From contig CAXXKH010000045.1 of assembly GCA_963677545.2 (NCBI GenBank), positions 167,864-231,863 of the forward strand: DNA of 64,000 nt, read 5' to 3'. The notes beneath the pieces are model-generated. The model was given only the letters and a program-made list of their open reading frames with translations. It did not search any database and was not told the DNA's origin. The translations under genes were made by a program, and so were the position numbers. Positions within the stretch are counted from its first letter, which is position 1, and each line of letters starts with the position of its first letter. Source of the stretch: Desulfobacterales bacterium (GTDB lineage Bacteria > Desulfobacterota > Desulfobacteria > Desulfobacterales > JAFDDL01). Shown one piece after another: positions 39,401 to 48,134 of the stretch.

Positions 39401-39511
39401 GCATGGGGTGAATTGTTCGCAACACCTGTCACTCTTTTTATCATTCCGTCGCTAACGAACGTTCTTTTTGATGTGGGTGGTCTATTTGGACTGAAAAAAT
39501 GCAACAATTAA
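36404..39511 (+). CDS. RND-family efflux permease (AcrB-like)
   Basis: 1035 aa with 12-TM RND topology and two large periplasmic loops. It shows the conserved pattern NPVAANLLML...GIxVDDAIVV. Confidence 0.9.
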   Translation: MHTLSAWFTRNPVAANLLMLLALIAGLFSIQSIRIEGFPALPPSSVTITTLYPGASAEQVDRGISRKIEKTLEDMPGVKKISSFSEEGTSSVWVQKVSGFDMDRFQNEIESRVNAVPSLPQLAERPIIARDEFNVEALLVQVYGDVDNLTPQKVARNLKEELLANPKITKITPFGLLNHEIRIEVDDAMLRAYGLSLNDVADAIESASLDYRTGSIDSRAGKVVIRADQKSFSYEEFASIPMRTPAGGTRLTIRDVAEVIDGFEEEHRFARFQGLPSIGMLIYTSKKGHLFEVSEAAHAVADEMRPQLPQGMKIDVWGETSIYMKARLSLLATNACQGLLIVFVLLALFLNFRLAFWVAMGIPISLAGTLVLMGDRFLGYSLNDITTFGMIVVLGILVDDAIVVGESVFEARGQIKDPIEGTIQGVHRVITATVFGCFTTVAAFFPLLLIKNDIGKIFASFSVVVIVSLIMSLIESKLILPAHLAAVRIDTRPPKRWFSILWHKIQSIVTRGLTSVNQSLYQPLLGKALRHRYATLMIILTIAVSGLSMIFNGWIRTVFFPEVPGQIITVKLQMRSGSPLNLTMDNIKAIEEAAEAVNVEAMAEFQSDEPPIARIMIALTDPFNAEIYAELQPEEHRKLETMETLHRWREKVGTLEGSEELSFSGSFETGGGFVIELGARDDAVLQDAVGRFSSALSRLDGIHDIRDDLRQGSPQIRLRLKPDAQHLGLSASDLASQIGDAFGGLEVQRVQRDADEVKVVVKYKEERRRYMRDILDTYIQTAQGEWLPLSLVASIKAGYVPSSLNRQNGRRVVQVRASLDKERISPSEAFEWIQKNVSPELRSLYPELTIKGAGELEEVGEIKGGMIRALVMILILIYALLAVPLKSYWQPLVIMSVIPFGFVGAVIGHWINGLPLSILSFFGMLAVTGVVVNDSLVMMTRFNELREGGHDLWESLVMAGGSRFRAIILTTVTTVCGLMPLLLETSEQAQYLIPAAVSLAWGELFATPVTLFIIPSLTNVLFDVGGLFGLKKCNN

Positions 39512-39530
39512 TAATAAAAGGAAGGATTGT

Positions 39531-40445
39531 ATGATTGTAAACAACTATCTTGGTCAGCTGTCGTGTTGGTCATGGCGAAAGCAAACCTCGTGCATAGTTA
39601 TGACCTGTTTCCTGATTGCTGCTTATTCGACTCCACTCAGCGCCGAGAAGAATACACCTGTTACAACTGGGACTGTTGCTACTTTTTATGATCTTATTTC
39701 TAATGGTGATGACATAGGAGATATCTCTATTATTAGATCGCAGCATGGCGATGTCGAAGACGGTCTATATCTAATAGAGGAAAATATTTTCGCCAAAGTT
39801 TCCAGTTTTTGGGGACTATGGGAAATGACATTAACAGGGAAAACTGTGATAAAATACGAGGGTGTTGTCAGCTTTGATTACAAAATCAAAGAAAACAAGG
39901 AAAACTGGCGTGTATTTGGTGATCGACATGATCTGGAATTGTGGTGCAGCGCTCGAAAGGTTTTGACAAAAAATGAAAAAGACGAAGAAGATATCCTTGC
40001 GATCTCCTCTATGGTGGCAGCGAAAACAATACCTTACGCCGGAGAGGCGCTCACTGTTCTCGGCATACTGAATGCTAATGGAGACCGAGAAGGAGAAATT
40101 CGAATACCGTTGGATTCATTCAATACCACATCCGGTCAGCTTGTATCAGTTCTGATGAAGAAATCCAAAGGATTGAAAAAAGAAAAGGTAAAGGTACTGG
40201 ACACTTCAGAGTTGAAGATAGAGACACACATATTCGAAGAAGCAGATCAGGAACAAATTGAAATAGCAGGCGAGACATTCAAGTGTCGAGTTTTCAAAGT
40301 AACAAAACCTAAAGGGGAATCAACCTATTGGGTGGCCAAAGATGGTTTGGGTGCCTTTCTCGTAAAGGAATCCGGAAAGGATGATGATGGCCCATACGAA
40401 ATCATACTGAGGAAAATTGATATCAAGAAGAAGGAGGAAAGGTAG
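39531..40445 (+). CDS. hypothetical exported protein (AT-rich gene appended to the efflux operon)
   Basis: 304-aa ORF with a hydrophobic N-terminus and good coding periodicity. I recognise no motif. Confidence 0.5.
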   Translation: MIVNNYLGQLSCWSWRKQTSCIVMTCFLIAAYSTPLSAEKNTPVTTGTVATFYDLISNGDDIGDISIIRSQHGDVEDGLYLIEENIFAKVSSFWGLWEMTLTGKTVIKYEGVVSFDYKIKENKENWRVFGDRHDLELWCSARKVLTKNEKDEEDILAISSMVAAKTIPYAGEALTVLGILNANGDREGEIRIPLDSFNTTSGQLVSVLMKKSKGLKKEKVKVLDTSELKIETHIFEEADQEQIEIAGETFKCRVFKVTKPKGESTYWVAKDGLGAFLVKESGKDDDGPYEIILRKIDIKKKEER

Positions 40446-40826
40446 ATGGCAGCATACAACCTCAAGCGATTCGCCCACGCCGACAGCCTCAAGGCTATCG
40501 CGCGTAAGCACCTACTGGCTCTCTTGAAGCCCCATAAATCCTATTTCGACAGCCGAGGGTTGACTCTGCCATCACCATCCACATCCGACAGTCTGGATTA
40601 TGATCAGCTTGTCAAAGTGCTCATGAATCCTGGCACGGATACACCGAAAACATTGCTCGACGCACTTTTCTTCGTACACGAGATGGCCACTCCCGAGGGC
40701 ATGGACCCCCTTCTTCAGGAGGCGGAGAACAACGGCATTTCGCTTGACGGGAAGCCAGACCCCACGGCAGCGGACGTGGCCGTCCAGATCTATGGTGTGA
40801 AGCACCTTTCCAGAGGTCCTTTTTAA
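40446..40826 (+). CDS. hypothetical protein, possibly an N-terminal fragment of a longer gene
   Basis: 126-aa ORF starting immediately after the previous stop. Composition is visibly more GC-rich than its neighbour. No recognised motifs. Confidence 0.35.
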   Translation: MAAYNLKRFAHADSLKAIARKHLLALLKPHKSYFDSRGLTLPSPSTSDSLDYDQLVKVLMNPGTDTPKTLLDALFFVHEMATPEGMDPLLQEAENNGISLDGKPDPTAADVAVQIYGVKHLSRGPF

Positions 40827-41010
40827 TCTATTGTTTATCATTCCTTTTCGTTACCTTGGCCCGGCCCTCATTGCTCCTCCCTCATTGCTCCTGGATAAGA
40901 CACAGAAATACGATACAGTTCCGTGGAAACAAATCATCCCGGAGCCTGTAATATTGGAGAGGTATAGAGGTCCTATGGTGTTAATCCGCCATTGTGCTGC
41001 TTTGACCTAA

Positions 41011-41574
41011 TCAGCACACAGCATCCATCTTAAATGCCTTCATCAGGGTATTTGTGCTGACCATCACTGTACCCTGCATCACTGCATCTAAAATATCGGA
41101 GTCGTTCCACCCCTCCCTACGAAGTGATTCCATATCTTCCTGGGTAACCGACTCTGGTGTTTTGATCGCCTTCATAACAAAGGCAACCAGGAGCCTCTCC
41201 CGGTCTTCCAGAGGAGCCTGCATGGGGTCATTTGAAATGGCAGAAATTTGTTCATCCGTAAGCCCCTGCCGTTTCAGGAACTCCCGATTTAGATGGGTGC
41301 AAAACACATAATCATAGGCTTCTGCCACCAGATACCGGATGGTGGATAAAACCGCAAAATTCAGAGTGGGGTGTTTCATGAAATATTTCAATGAGCGCCA
41401 TTGAAGGTTGAATTGGGCTGGGCTGGCGCTGAGTAGCTTCATGGGAGCTGGAATCATTCCCATATTCTTTACAAAAAAATCGTATACCTCTTTCACATCA
41501 TTCTGTGCTTTTTCCGGAGTCTGAATTTTCAAAAGGGTCATGTTCACCGCCTTACTGAATTTGAGAGATACCAT
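41011..41574 (-). CDS. AhpD-like / carboxymuconolactone decarboxylase family protein
   Basis: 187 aa. The overall pattern (MGMIPAPMKLLSASP...; two-helical-repeat AhpD-like fold) is recognised by similarity from memory only. The start may be the internal ATG at 41541. Confidence 0.5.
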   Translation of the reverse strand: MVSLKFSKAVNMTLLKIQTPEKAQNDVKEVYDFFVKNMGMIPAPMKLLSASPAQFNLQWRSLKYFMKHPTLNFAVLSTIRYLVAEAYDYVFCTHLNREFLKRQGLTDEQISAISNDPMQAPLEDRERLLVAFVMKAIKTPESVTQEDMESLRREGWNDSDILDAVMQGTVMVSTNTLMKAFKMDAVC

Positions 41575-41597
41575 TTCAATATCTTATATTACTACAC

Positions 41598-42140
41598 TTA
41601 ACCCAATGCAAGGGGCAATCCGGAATCAGCCTCGGCCTCATCAAATAAGCTATCTTTTTTCTTTTCGTCTTCGAGATGCCTCAGTACAGATTCTCTTACT
41701 TCTTCAGGAAGATCCTTCAATGCTTTATTTAACCGGGACATGGCTTCACCAACTGACCTGGGTAATTTGTCGGCGAAGCTTTTTTCAATGTTCTCCAGAT
41801 CTTTTTCCCATTCCGGAAAATCGTCCTTTGCTTTTGCCAGTGCGTTTTCGATTTGCTTAACCGTTTTCATTATGATTCGATACTTTTCAAAACCGACTTC
41901 TTTAAAAAGAGCAATCGCACTGTCTAAATCCTTGTTCTTTCCGTCAACAATATTTGAATCATAGCCGGAATCTTCATCGGCCCCGTTCTTTTGGAATAAC
42001 GCCATGGCTTCCTCTGAAATATTTACCGTGTCGGATTTATTCGTTTGTCCAACCGTCGATCCTTTGCTATCAGTCGCGTTCGTATCATTAAAAAAAATAC
42101 TATCAACTCCCTGATTGCACTGGATGCCTGAAAGATTCAT
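41598..42140 (-). CDS. hypothetical acidic protein
   Basis: 180-aa ORF in an AT-rich region. No recognised motif. Confidence 0.4.
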   Translation of the reverse strand: MNLSGIQCNQGVDSIFFNDTNATDSKGSTVGQTNKSDTVNISEEAMALFQKNGADEDSGYDSNIVDGKNKDLDSAIALFKEVGFEKYRIIMKTVKQIENALAKAKDDFPEWEKDLENIEKSFADKLPRSVGEAMSRLNKALKDLPEEVRESVLRHLEDEKKKDSLFDEAEADSGLPLALG

Positions 42141-42518
42141 GGTAATGTCTCCCGGAGTTTTCGTTCATGGGGAAAAAATAAATACCTGCCATATAATAGC
42201 AAAGAATATACCATTAATAAATTTGGAATAAAAATAATAGGTTGTTGGAATTGGCCCCTAAAAAGCGTTTATTGTGCGGCAATATTTTCTGTATTTCACC
42301 CTGAGGGCGTTATCTGATGTGGTAAATATTTCCTTGATTCCCTGGCTGTCAATCAATCTTAGATGTCTACATGATTCAAGGGTGTTTAATAGGGTGAGGA
42401 TATAATACAAAGTTCGGATGTTTCGACGCGTGTGGTATCATTCAGTATGGTTGAACTGTTTAAAATAGGACACCGCTTCGGTCTTTAATTGATTCGCGGT
42501 TTTGGGGGACGTTGTTGA

Positions 42519-43320
42519 CTAATTGGACTTATGCTGGTTTCTCTTAATTATTTTCGCTGAGGTAGTCGCTTCGCTCCATCGTTTAAAAGATCAAATTTTG
42601 AGATCAGTTACATATTCCGCAAAGCAAGGTTTTATAAATCTTAAAACGGCAGCATGCCTTATTCGACGTTCGATGTTGGACGTTCGATGTTCGACGTTCA
42701 TTCGTCTTTGTTTCAGCCCCCTTCGAGAGGGCTTCCTGAGGCCTCCCGCTATGCGGGAGGTGACTCACTTATTTTCGCTATTGCTGAAGTACATACCCCT
42801 AATTGCCGGGCACTCTCAGAATAAGTCAATCCACATTCTTTTACAAATTCTAAAGCAAGCTCGCAACGTACTTTTGACACCTCGCCTGTTCGACTGCCGC
42901 CTTTCAACGCTTCCTCTGAAACAGAGCTTTCTTCACATTTTTCCATTATCAGCATTTTGGCCTTTTCCACCCTGTTATCACTTATTAAACGATATTTTCT
43001 CTTCAAATCTATTTCCGGAGTGATCTGTTCGACAAAATCCCCAGTGCCCAATATTCTCTCATCAGAAACCTGACGGTCACCAATTCTTCTGAGGGCCTTC
43101 ACCTCCGACCATCCTCCGGCGGAACGAATCAACCCTCCCCCTGTCAGATTGGATTGTTTCCCGAGCGCCACTCCTTTTTTAACAAAATTTCGATAATTCG
43201 ATACGGCTTCTTTCCTCTTTTCGCCGAACCACTTCAGGACATAATCCCTTTCCTGCCATGGTTTCTTTCGTCGACCGACAATAACGGAATGACCGCACCA
43301 GCGATACCAATCGAGCTTTG
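42519..43320 (-). pseudogene. 5-prime-truncated copy of the HUH (Y1) transposase gene (C-terminal ~190 codons only, also interrupted near its 3-prime end)
   Basis: Nearly identical to 44399-44985 at the nucleotide level. Homology ends at 43320, and the HUH and catalytic-Tyr regions are missing. Confidence 0.85.
42559..42768. mobile_element. 210-bp non-coding insertion (MITE-like) with an 11-bp target duplication
   Basis: ttattttcgct is present at 42548-42558 and 42769-42779. The empty site is visible in the intact paralog (44426-44440). The insert contains 14-nt and 7-nt periodic tracts and an 8-bp hairpin cctcccgc/gcgggagg. Confidence 0.7.
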
Positions 43321-43448
43321 AAGGACAACGGGGTCTCGTCTTCATACCTATTTGTTCTCCGGTGGCAAAAGTTCACCTTAGTTTGCACGATTGTGGAGCG
43401 CATGGCTATTGTCCTATGCATCGCGTTATCGCCATTAAGCTGAAGTAG

Positions 43449-44336
43449 CTACTGCCACCCTCCATTGCGCTTCTCAAACGGCAGGATTCTCATAAACGCC
43501 TCCACTGCGTGGATTTTGCCGTCGTAGACCTTGAACGCCTCCCACACCGTGAGTTGGTCGCCGCCGCGCTCGCGCGCGCCCCAAGCCATGCGCAGCCAGA
43601 CGATTCCCATTCGCTCATCGACGGCGACTACGCGAGTTTGCACGTCACCGAGACGATTAAAGAGCGCGAGCGATTGCGTCGAGATGTTCTGGCATCCTGG
43701 TGCAAACTTGCAGTCGGGACCGGCCATCACCTGACCGTTTTCGTAGCGATAGGCCTCCGGAGTAAAGGGCGCGTTCACGTCGGCGAAAGTCTTCGCGGCG
43801 TTGAGCCCCTCCGGATAGTGCAGCGCCGCTTTGACGGCCTCGTCGCGTGTCGAAAGCTGATCCGGGCGCGGTGCGTAGTTCATCATTTCGCTTGGCGCGT
43901 ACAGGCCATCGATGTTGAAGATAAGCCCTTCTGCGCTGCTGCGTGTGGCCACGAGCTCAATCTCTGTCAGCTCGTCCGCAACGACCTTCAGCCGCACTAC
44001 AAGCAGCACGGGTGCTCCTCTCTCCTCCACCACGACATGGGCGCCAGCCACGCCGGCGCGTACGTCGATGATGTCCTGGCGAAAGCCGTGCAGGCGCGTC
44101 AACGTGTTGACTAGGCTGACTCTCGCTAACGGCTTCTCGACGGCGTCTTCGGTCACCCGCAGCGTGCTGGCGACGGGAAGTTTACTCACGTCGTGCTTCA
44201 GGAAGGCATACAGCAGCTGCGTAACCTTGCTGCGCAGACATTCGCGGTCACAGGTCGTGGCGGATTGTTGCGCGTTCGCGGTGACGGCCCATACGCAAAC
44301 TACCAGTAGCAATCCAAGGATCGTTTTGTTCTTCAT
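43449..44336 (-). CDS. hypothetical secreted protein on a GC-rich foreign patch
   Basis: 295-aa ORF with a signal peptide (MKNKTILGLLLVVCVWAVTANA). GC content and codon usage are conspicuously higher than the flanks. Confidence 0.6.
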   Translation of the reverse strand: MKNKTILGLLLVVCVWAVTANAQQSATTCDRECLRSKVTQLLYAFLKHDVSKLPVASTLRVTEDAVEKPLARVSLVNTLTRLHGFRQDIIDVRAGVAGAHVVVEERGAPVLLVVRLKVVADELTEIELVATRSSAEGLIFNIDGLYAPSEMMNYAPRPDQLSTRDEAVKAALHYPEGLNAAKTFADVNAPFTPEAYRYENGQVMAGPDCKFAPGCQNISTQSLALFNRLGDVQTRVVAVDERMGIVWLRMAWGARERGGDQLTVWEAFKVYDGKIHAVEAFMRILPFEKRNGGWQ

Positions 44337-44385
44337 TGTCTTCCCTTCTATTGAGTTATTGGTTTTGGGACGTTGTCGTGGTTTT

Positions 44386-45446
44386 GGGACGTTGTTGACT
44401 AATTGGACTTATGCTGGTTTCTATTAATTATTTTCGCTATTGCTGAAGTACATACCCCTAATTGCCGGGCACTCTCAGAATAAGTCAATCCACATTCTTT
44501 TACCAATTCTAAAGCAAGCTCGCAACGTACTTTTGACACCTCGCCTGTTCGACCGCCGCCTTTCAACGCTTCCTCTGAAACAGAGCTTTTTTCACATTTT
44601 TCTTTTATCAGCGTTTTGGCCTTTTCCACCCTGTTATCACTTATTAAACGATATTTTCTCTCCAAATCTATTTGCTGTGTGATCTGTTCGACAAAATCCC
44701 CAGTGCCCAATATTCTCTCATCAGAAGCCTGACGGTCACCAATTCTTCTGAGGGCCTTCACCTCCGACCATCCTCCGGCAGAACGAATCAACCCACCCCC
44801 TGTCAGATTGGGTTGTTTACCGAGCGCCACCCCTTTTTTAACAAAATTCCTATAATTCGATACGGCTTCTTTCCTCTTTTCGCCGAACCACTTCAGAACA
44901 TAATCCCTTTCCTGCCATGGTTTTTCTCGTCGACCGACAACAACGGAATGACCGCACCAGCGATACCAATCGAGCTTTTGCATCGACTCGACCAAGCCGG
45001 CCCTGAGCGGATTTAGATGAATGTAACGGACCAATTCTTTAAAATAAGCGTCTTCCTCACATACAATGGATTTATATCTATTCTGAAAAAGATGGCCATA
45101 ACGATGGTGCCGTCGATTATAGTGGATTGCGTATCCGGTCAGAAACTTACGCATAAAAGAAGGCAATCCTTCAGGCCCGCTTCGAATCAATAAATGAGCG
45201 TGGTTTGTCATCAGAGCCCAGGCATAGACAGGTGTCTTCAGATCAATAGAAAGCTGCCCGAACCGATCAACAAAGACCTGGCGGTCATCGTCATCATCAA
45301 CTATCCGGCGTCTCTCCATTCCTCGAATAATGACATGATGCAGGGTTCCGGGAGCATCCAGACGTGCTGAGCGTGGCATATGGGCTCCTATTTATTGAAT
45401 GATAGTTGACATTATCAGAATTTGTCCATTTAGTCAACAACGTCCC
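44386..45446 (-). mobile_element. 1061-bp element bounded by perfect 16-bp inverted repeats, encoding an HUH (Y1) transposase
   Basis: gggacgttgttgacta at 44386-44401 and its reverse complement at 45431-45446. A single ORF fills the interval. Confidence 0.75.
44399..45379 (-). CDS. IS200/RAYT-like HUH (Y1) transposase with a C-terminal HTH (DnaA_C-like) domain
   Basis: 326 aa. LHHVIIRG, HUH motif MTNHAHLLI, and the catalytic-Tyr region ELVRYIHLNPLRAGLV. The C-terminal GLTYSESARQLGVCTSAIAKI is an HTH. Confidence 0.8.
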   Translation of the reverse strand: MPRSARLDAPGTLHHVIIRGMERRRIVDDDDDRQVFVDRFGQLSIDLKTPVYAWALMTNHAHLLIRSGPEGLPSFMRKFLTGYAIHYNRRHHRYGHLFQNRYKSIVCEEDAYFKELVRYIHLNPLRAGLVESMQKLDWYRWCGHSVVVGRREKPWQERDYVLKWFGEKRKEAVSNYRNFVKKGVALGKQPNLTGGGLIRSAGGWSEVKALRRIGDRQASDERILGTGDFVEQITQQIDLERKYRLISDNRVEKAKTLIKEKCEKSSVSEEALKGGGRTGEVSKVRCELALELVKECGLTYSESARQLGVCTSAIAKIINRNQHKSN

Positions 45447-45486
45447 TTATGTTGCGCAAGCGAAAATGAGGTCTGTTTCCCCTGTT

Positions 45487-45858
45487 TTATTTTCCAAAAA
45501 ATCCTTTTGGATACCCAAGCAGTATTTCAACGGTTCTTGTTATTTGAATGAGTTTGTGGAAATTATGTTGTGTCGGCTCCACATATTGTTTCGAGAGTTT
45601 TATACCGTGGGCAATAAAGAAAGCCCCGGAAGCGAGAGAATTGGCTTCCCGATATAGACCAAGCATAAGTAGATTCTTGGTGTCCGGGACAGAGCTATTG
45701 TATGTTTCCAACGCCGCATCCGCAATCCTTCTGGACCGTTTTTCAATCATCATAATATCGGGATATAGTCGGGGATTCCCGTCTTTATCAACAGCAGGGC
45801 TTAAACGAGGCTCTCCATCTCCCTGGCCCCCGCCCTTAATTAATCGAAGTTTTACCAT
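45487..45858 (-). CDS. hypothetical protein
   Basis: 123-aa ORF. No recognised motif. Confidence 0.35.
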   Translation of the reverse strand: MVKLRLIKGGGQGDGEPRLSPAVDKDGNPRLYPDIMMIEKRSRRIADAALETYNSSVPDTKNLLMLGLYREANSLASGAFFIAHGIKLSKQYVEPTQHNFHKLIQITRTVEILLGYPKGFFGK

Positions 45859-46332
45859 GTGACGCTCACAACAAAAATCCCGTGGCGGCTCTTACGGGCT
45901 CAAGCAATCGTTCTGGTGCTAACGAATACCGGTCCCACGGGAAGACAAGTATCAAATAATAGAAACAAAATGCAAGTCCCCCGTTTTGAGGACTTAAGGA
46001 TACACAACATATCAAATCATTCTAAAAAAACAAGTTATTAGAACACACTACACAACACCGTTAATATCTATAACTCAATTTTTTCCCTGCCTGTAAACAT
46101 CTACCGAACAAAATCCAATCAGAAAACCTTTAAAAGCCCTATCACCTGTATTATAATAATAGTTATGAACACATTCCACTAAGACGTATTGAATCCTATA
46201 ATAGTGATCTGCCTCGAAAAGCGGCTCCAGTTTCAAACATATTTGAGTTTCGCTGCCGATCTTGACGATATTTATCAATAATTTTTAATACGCTGTAATA
46301 TTAACACAATAACACAACAGGGAATTATATAG

Positions 46333-46596
46333 GTGAACGCCATGGTACTTTCCTTCAAACAAGAATCCTTCGTTTGTCCGGAGTGCAACTATGAGGGGCA
46401 ACCCACACTAAAAAAATCGGAATTTGGATTTTGGGCCATATTTCTCGTTCTGCTGGCGGTCTCTTTTTTCTGGTTGTTCTGGCCACTGTTTATCGTCGCA
46501 CTGATTGTTCTGTCCTGGCTCCTGATCAAGCGGGCTAATAAAGTATGCCCGAGATGCAGATTTGAGATCCCGGACCTGAAACGATCGCGGCAATAA
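46333..46596 (+). CDS. small zinc-ribbon membrane protein
   Basis: 87 aa. CPECN ... two TM helices ... CPRCRF (a split CxxC pair). Confidence 0.45.
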   Translation: MNAMVLSFKQESFVCPECNYEGQPTLKKSEFGFWAIFLVLLAVSFFWLFWPLFIVALIVLSWLLIKRANKVCPRCRFEIPDLKRSRQ

Positions 46597-46750
46597 ATTC
46601 TCTGAAGCGACACCGTTCACAAACGATATTTTGTGTATTAGATTAAAGTTAAACAGCGTTAGAGAGAAATGCAAAGGTGGAAGGGCTTTCATTTCGGAAA
46701 TAATTTAAAAAGGCTAAGATAGCGACTTTTTAGTGTTATGGCGCATGGCC

Positions 46751-48103
46751 TTATTTCTGTATGGATTTCAATCTGTTGCTGAGTTCAACCGGGAATGCTT
46801 CCGGTGAGGTGATACGTCTATAGCTCTCACCGAGAAGACTTAGGTTCTTCTCTGCTCTGATTCTGATATCCTTAAGTGAGGTTGCAGGGGAGGTCATGCG
46901 CCGTCCGCCCTTCATTGCAGCCTCAAGCAGTGGATGTGCATCCGGAATTCGCTCCTCCCTCGCAGCGATAATATCTTGCAGATAATCACCATCCGGCGAT
47001 ACCTTTCTGAATACCTGCTTCCTGCCGCCAAGGGTCTCTTTGCCTGAACTCATTTTTCGAACGTTCCGATCGCCCAACCGGACCATTTTATAGACGATTT
47101 CGAGCGAAGGCGCATCGGCCGATACTCCCATCCGTGTTCCAACGCCGAAAGCATCTATTTTCGCGCCCTGTAATATAATATCCTGAATTCTATATTCATC
47201 GAGATCTCCGCTGGCGAAAATCTTAACGTCCGCTTGTCCCCCTTCATCGAGAATACATCGCACTTTGCGGCTCAGATCGACCAGATCACCGCTGTCAAGC
47301 CGCACCCCCAGAAGTTTCCGCCCGGCCTGTCTCATTGTCCTCGAGACCTCGACGGCGGTTTGAGCACCTTTCAGAGTATCATAGGTATCGATCAGAAAAA
47401 TGGACTGGTCCGGGAAAGTATGCGCAAATGCGGCAAATGCATCCGACTCCCTGCCGAATGCCGTGACAAAAGAGTGGGCCATGGTCCCGGATAAGGGGAT
47501 GTTGTATTTCTCCCCCGCCAGGACGTTACTGGTCCCCGCGAATCCCGCCAGATAAGAGTTACGGGCCACCTTCATACCACTGTCAAAGCCATGGGTACGG
47601 CGAAGGGAAAAATCCATCAGTGAACGCCCCTGCGCGGCCAGAACACATCTGGCGGCCTTGGTGGCGATCATGGTCTGAAAACCGATAGTGTTCAGAATGA
47701 AAGTTTCGAGAAGTTGGGCCGCCATGACCGGTGCTGTTACCTCGAGAATCGGCTCATTTGCGAAAAAAACAGTCCCCTCCGGCATGGCATCGACATCTCC
47801 CGAGAACCGAAACTTCGAAAGACATGTGAGGAAATCACCGGAAAACAGTCCCGTGCTTTCGAGATAGGCGATGTCCGTCTCTGAAAACCGATATTGTTCC
47901 AGTGCCCGAAGAACGTCTTCAAGCCCTGCGGCGATATAAAAGGGCCGCTGGTTTTTTCCTCCCGGCCGGATAAAAACGGAAAATGTAGCCTCTTCCGTCA
48001 TGCCGTGGTCGAAATAGCCGGCCGCCATGGTAAGTTCGTAAAGATCGGTAAACAGGGGGCCGATAGACTGAAAAGATGTCATGAGATATTGGTTCCATAA
48101 CAA
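46751..48103 (-). CDS. pncB: nicotinate phosphoribosyltransferase
   Basis: 450 aa. LFTDLYELTMAAGYF at the N-terminus and GTSN / GVRLDSGD motifs typical of NAPRTase. It is adjacent to a nicotinamidase-like gene. Confidence 0.85.
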   Translation of the reverse strand: MLWNQYLMTSFQSIGPLFTDLYELTMAAGYFDHGMTEEATFSVFIRPGGKNQRPFYIAAGLEDVLRALEQYRFSETDIAYLESTGLFSGDFLTCLSKFRFSGDVDAMPEGTVFFANEPILEVTAPVMAAQLLETFILNTIGFQTMIATKAARCVLAAQGRSLMDFSLRRTHGFDSGMKVARNSYLAGFAGTSNVLAGEKYNIPLSGTMAHSFVTAFGRESDAFAAFAHTFPDQSIFLIDTYDTLKGAQTAVEVSRTMRQAGRKLLGVRLDSGDLVDLSRKVRCILDEGGQADVKIFASGDLDEYRIQDIILQGAKIDAFGVGTRMGVSADAPSLEIVYKMVRLGDRNVRKMSSGKETLGGRKQVFRKVSPDGDYLQDIIAAREERIPDAHPLLEAAMKGGRRMTSPATSLKDIRIRAEKNLSLLGESYRRITSPEAFPVELSNRLKSIQK

Positions 48104-48134
48104 CTGAAAAGTGGTTTGATATGTTCAAAAGGAA

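Noticed and set aside
42523-43023. 166-aa plus-strand ORF spanning the solo end, the 210-bp insertion and the antisense strand of the truncated transposase
   Set aside because: It is composed of repeat and antisense sequence of unrelated origins joined by the insertion, so it has no plausible conservation.
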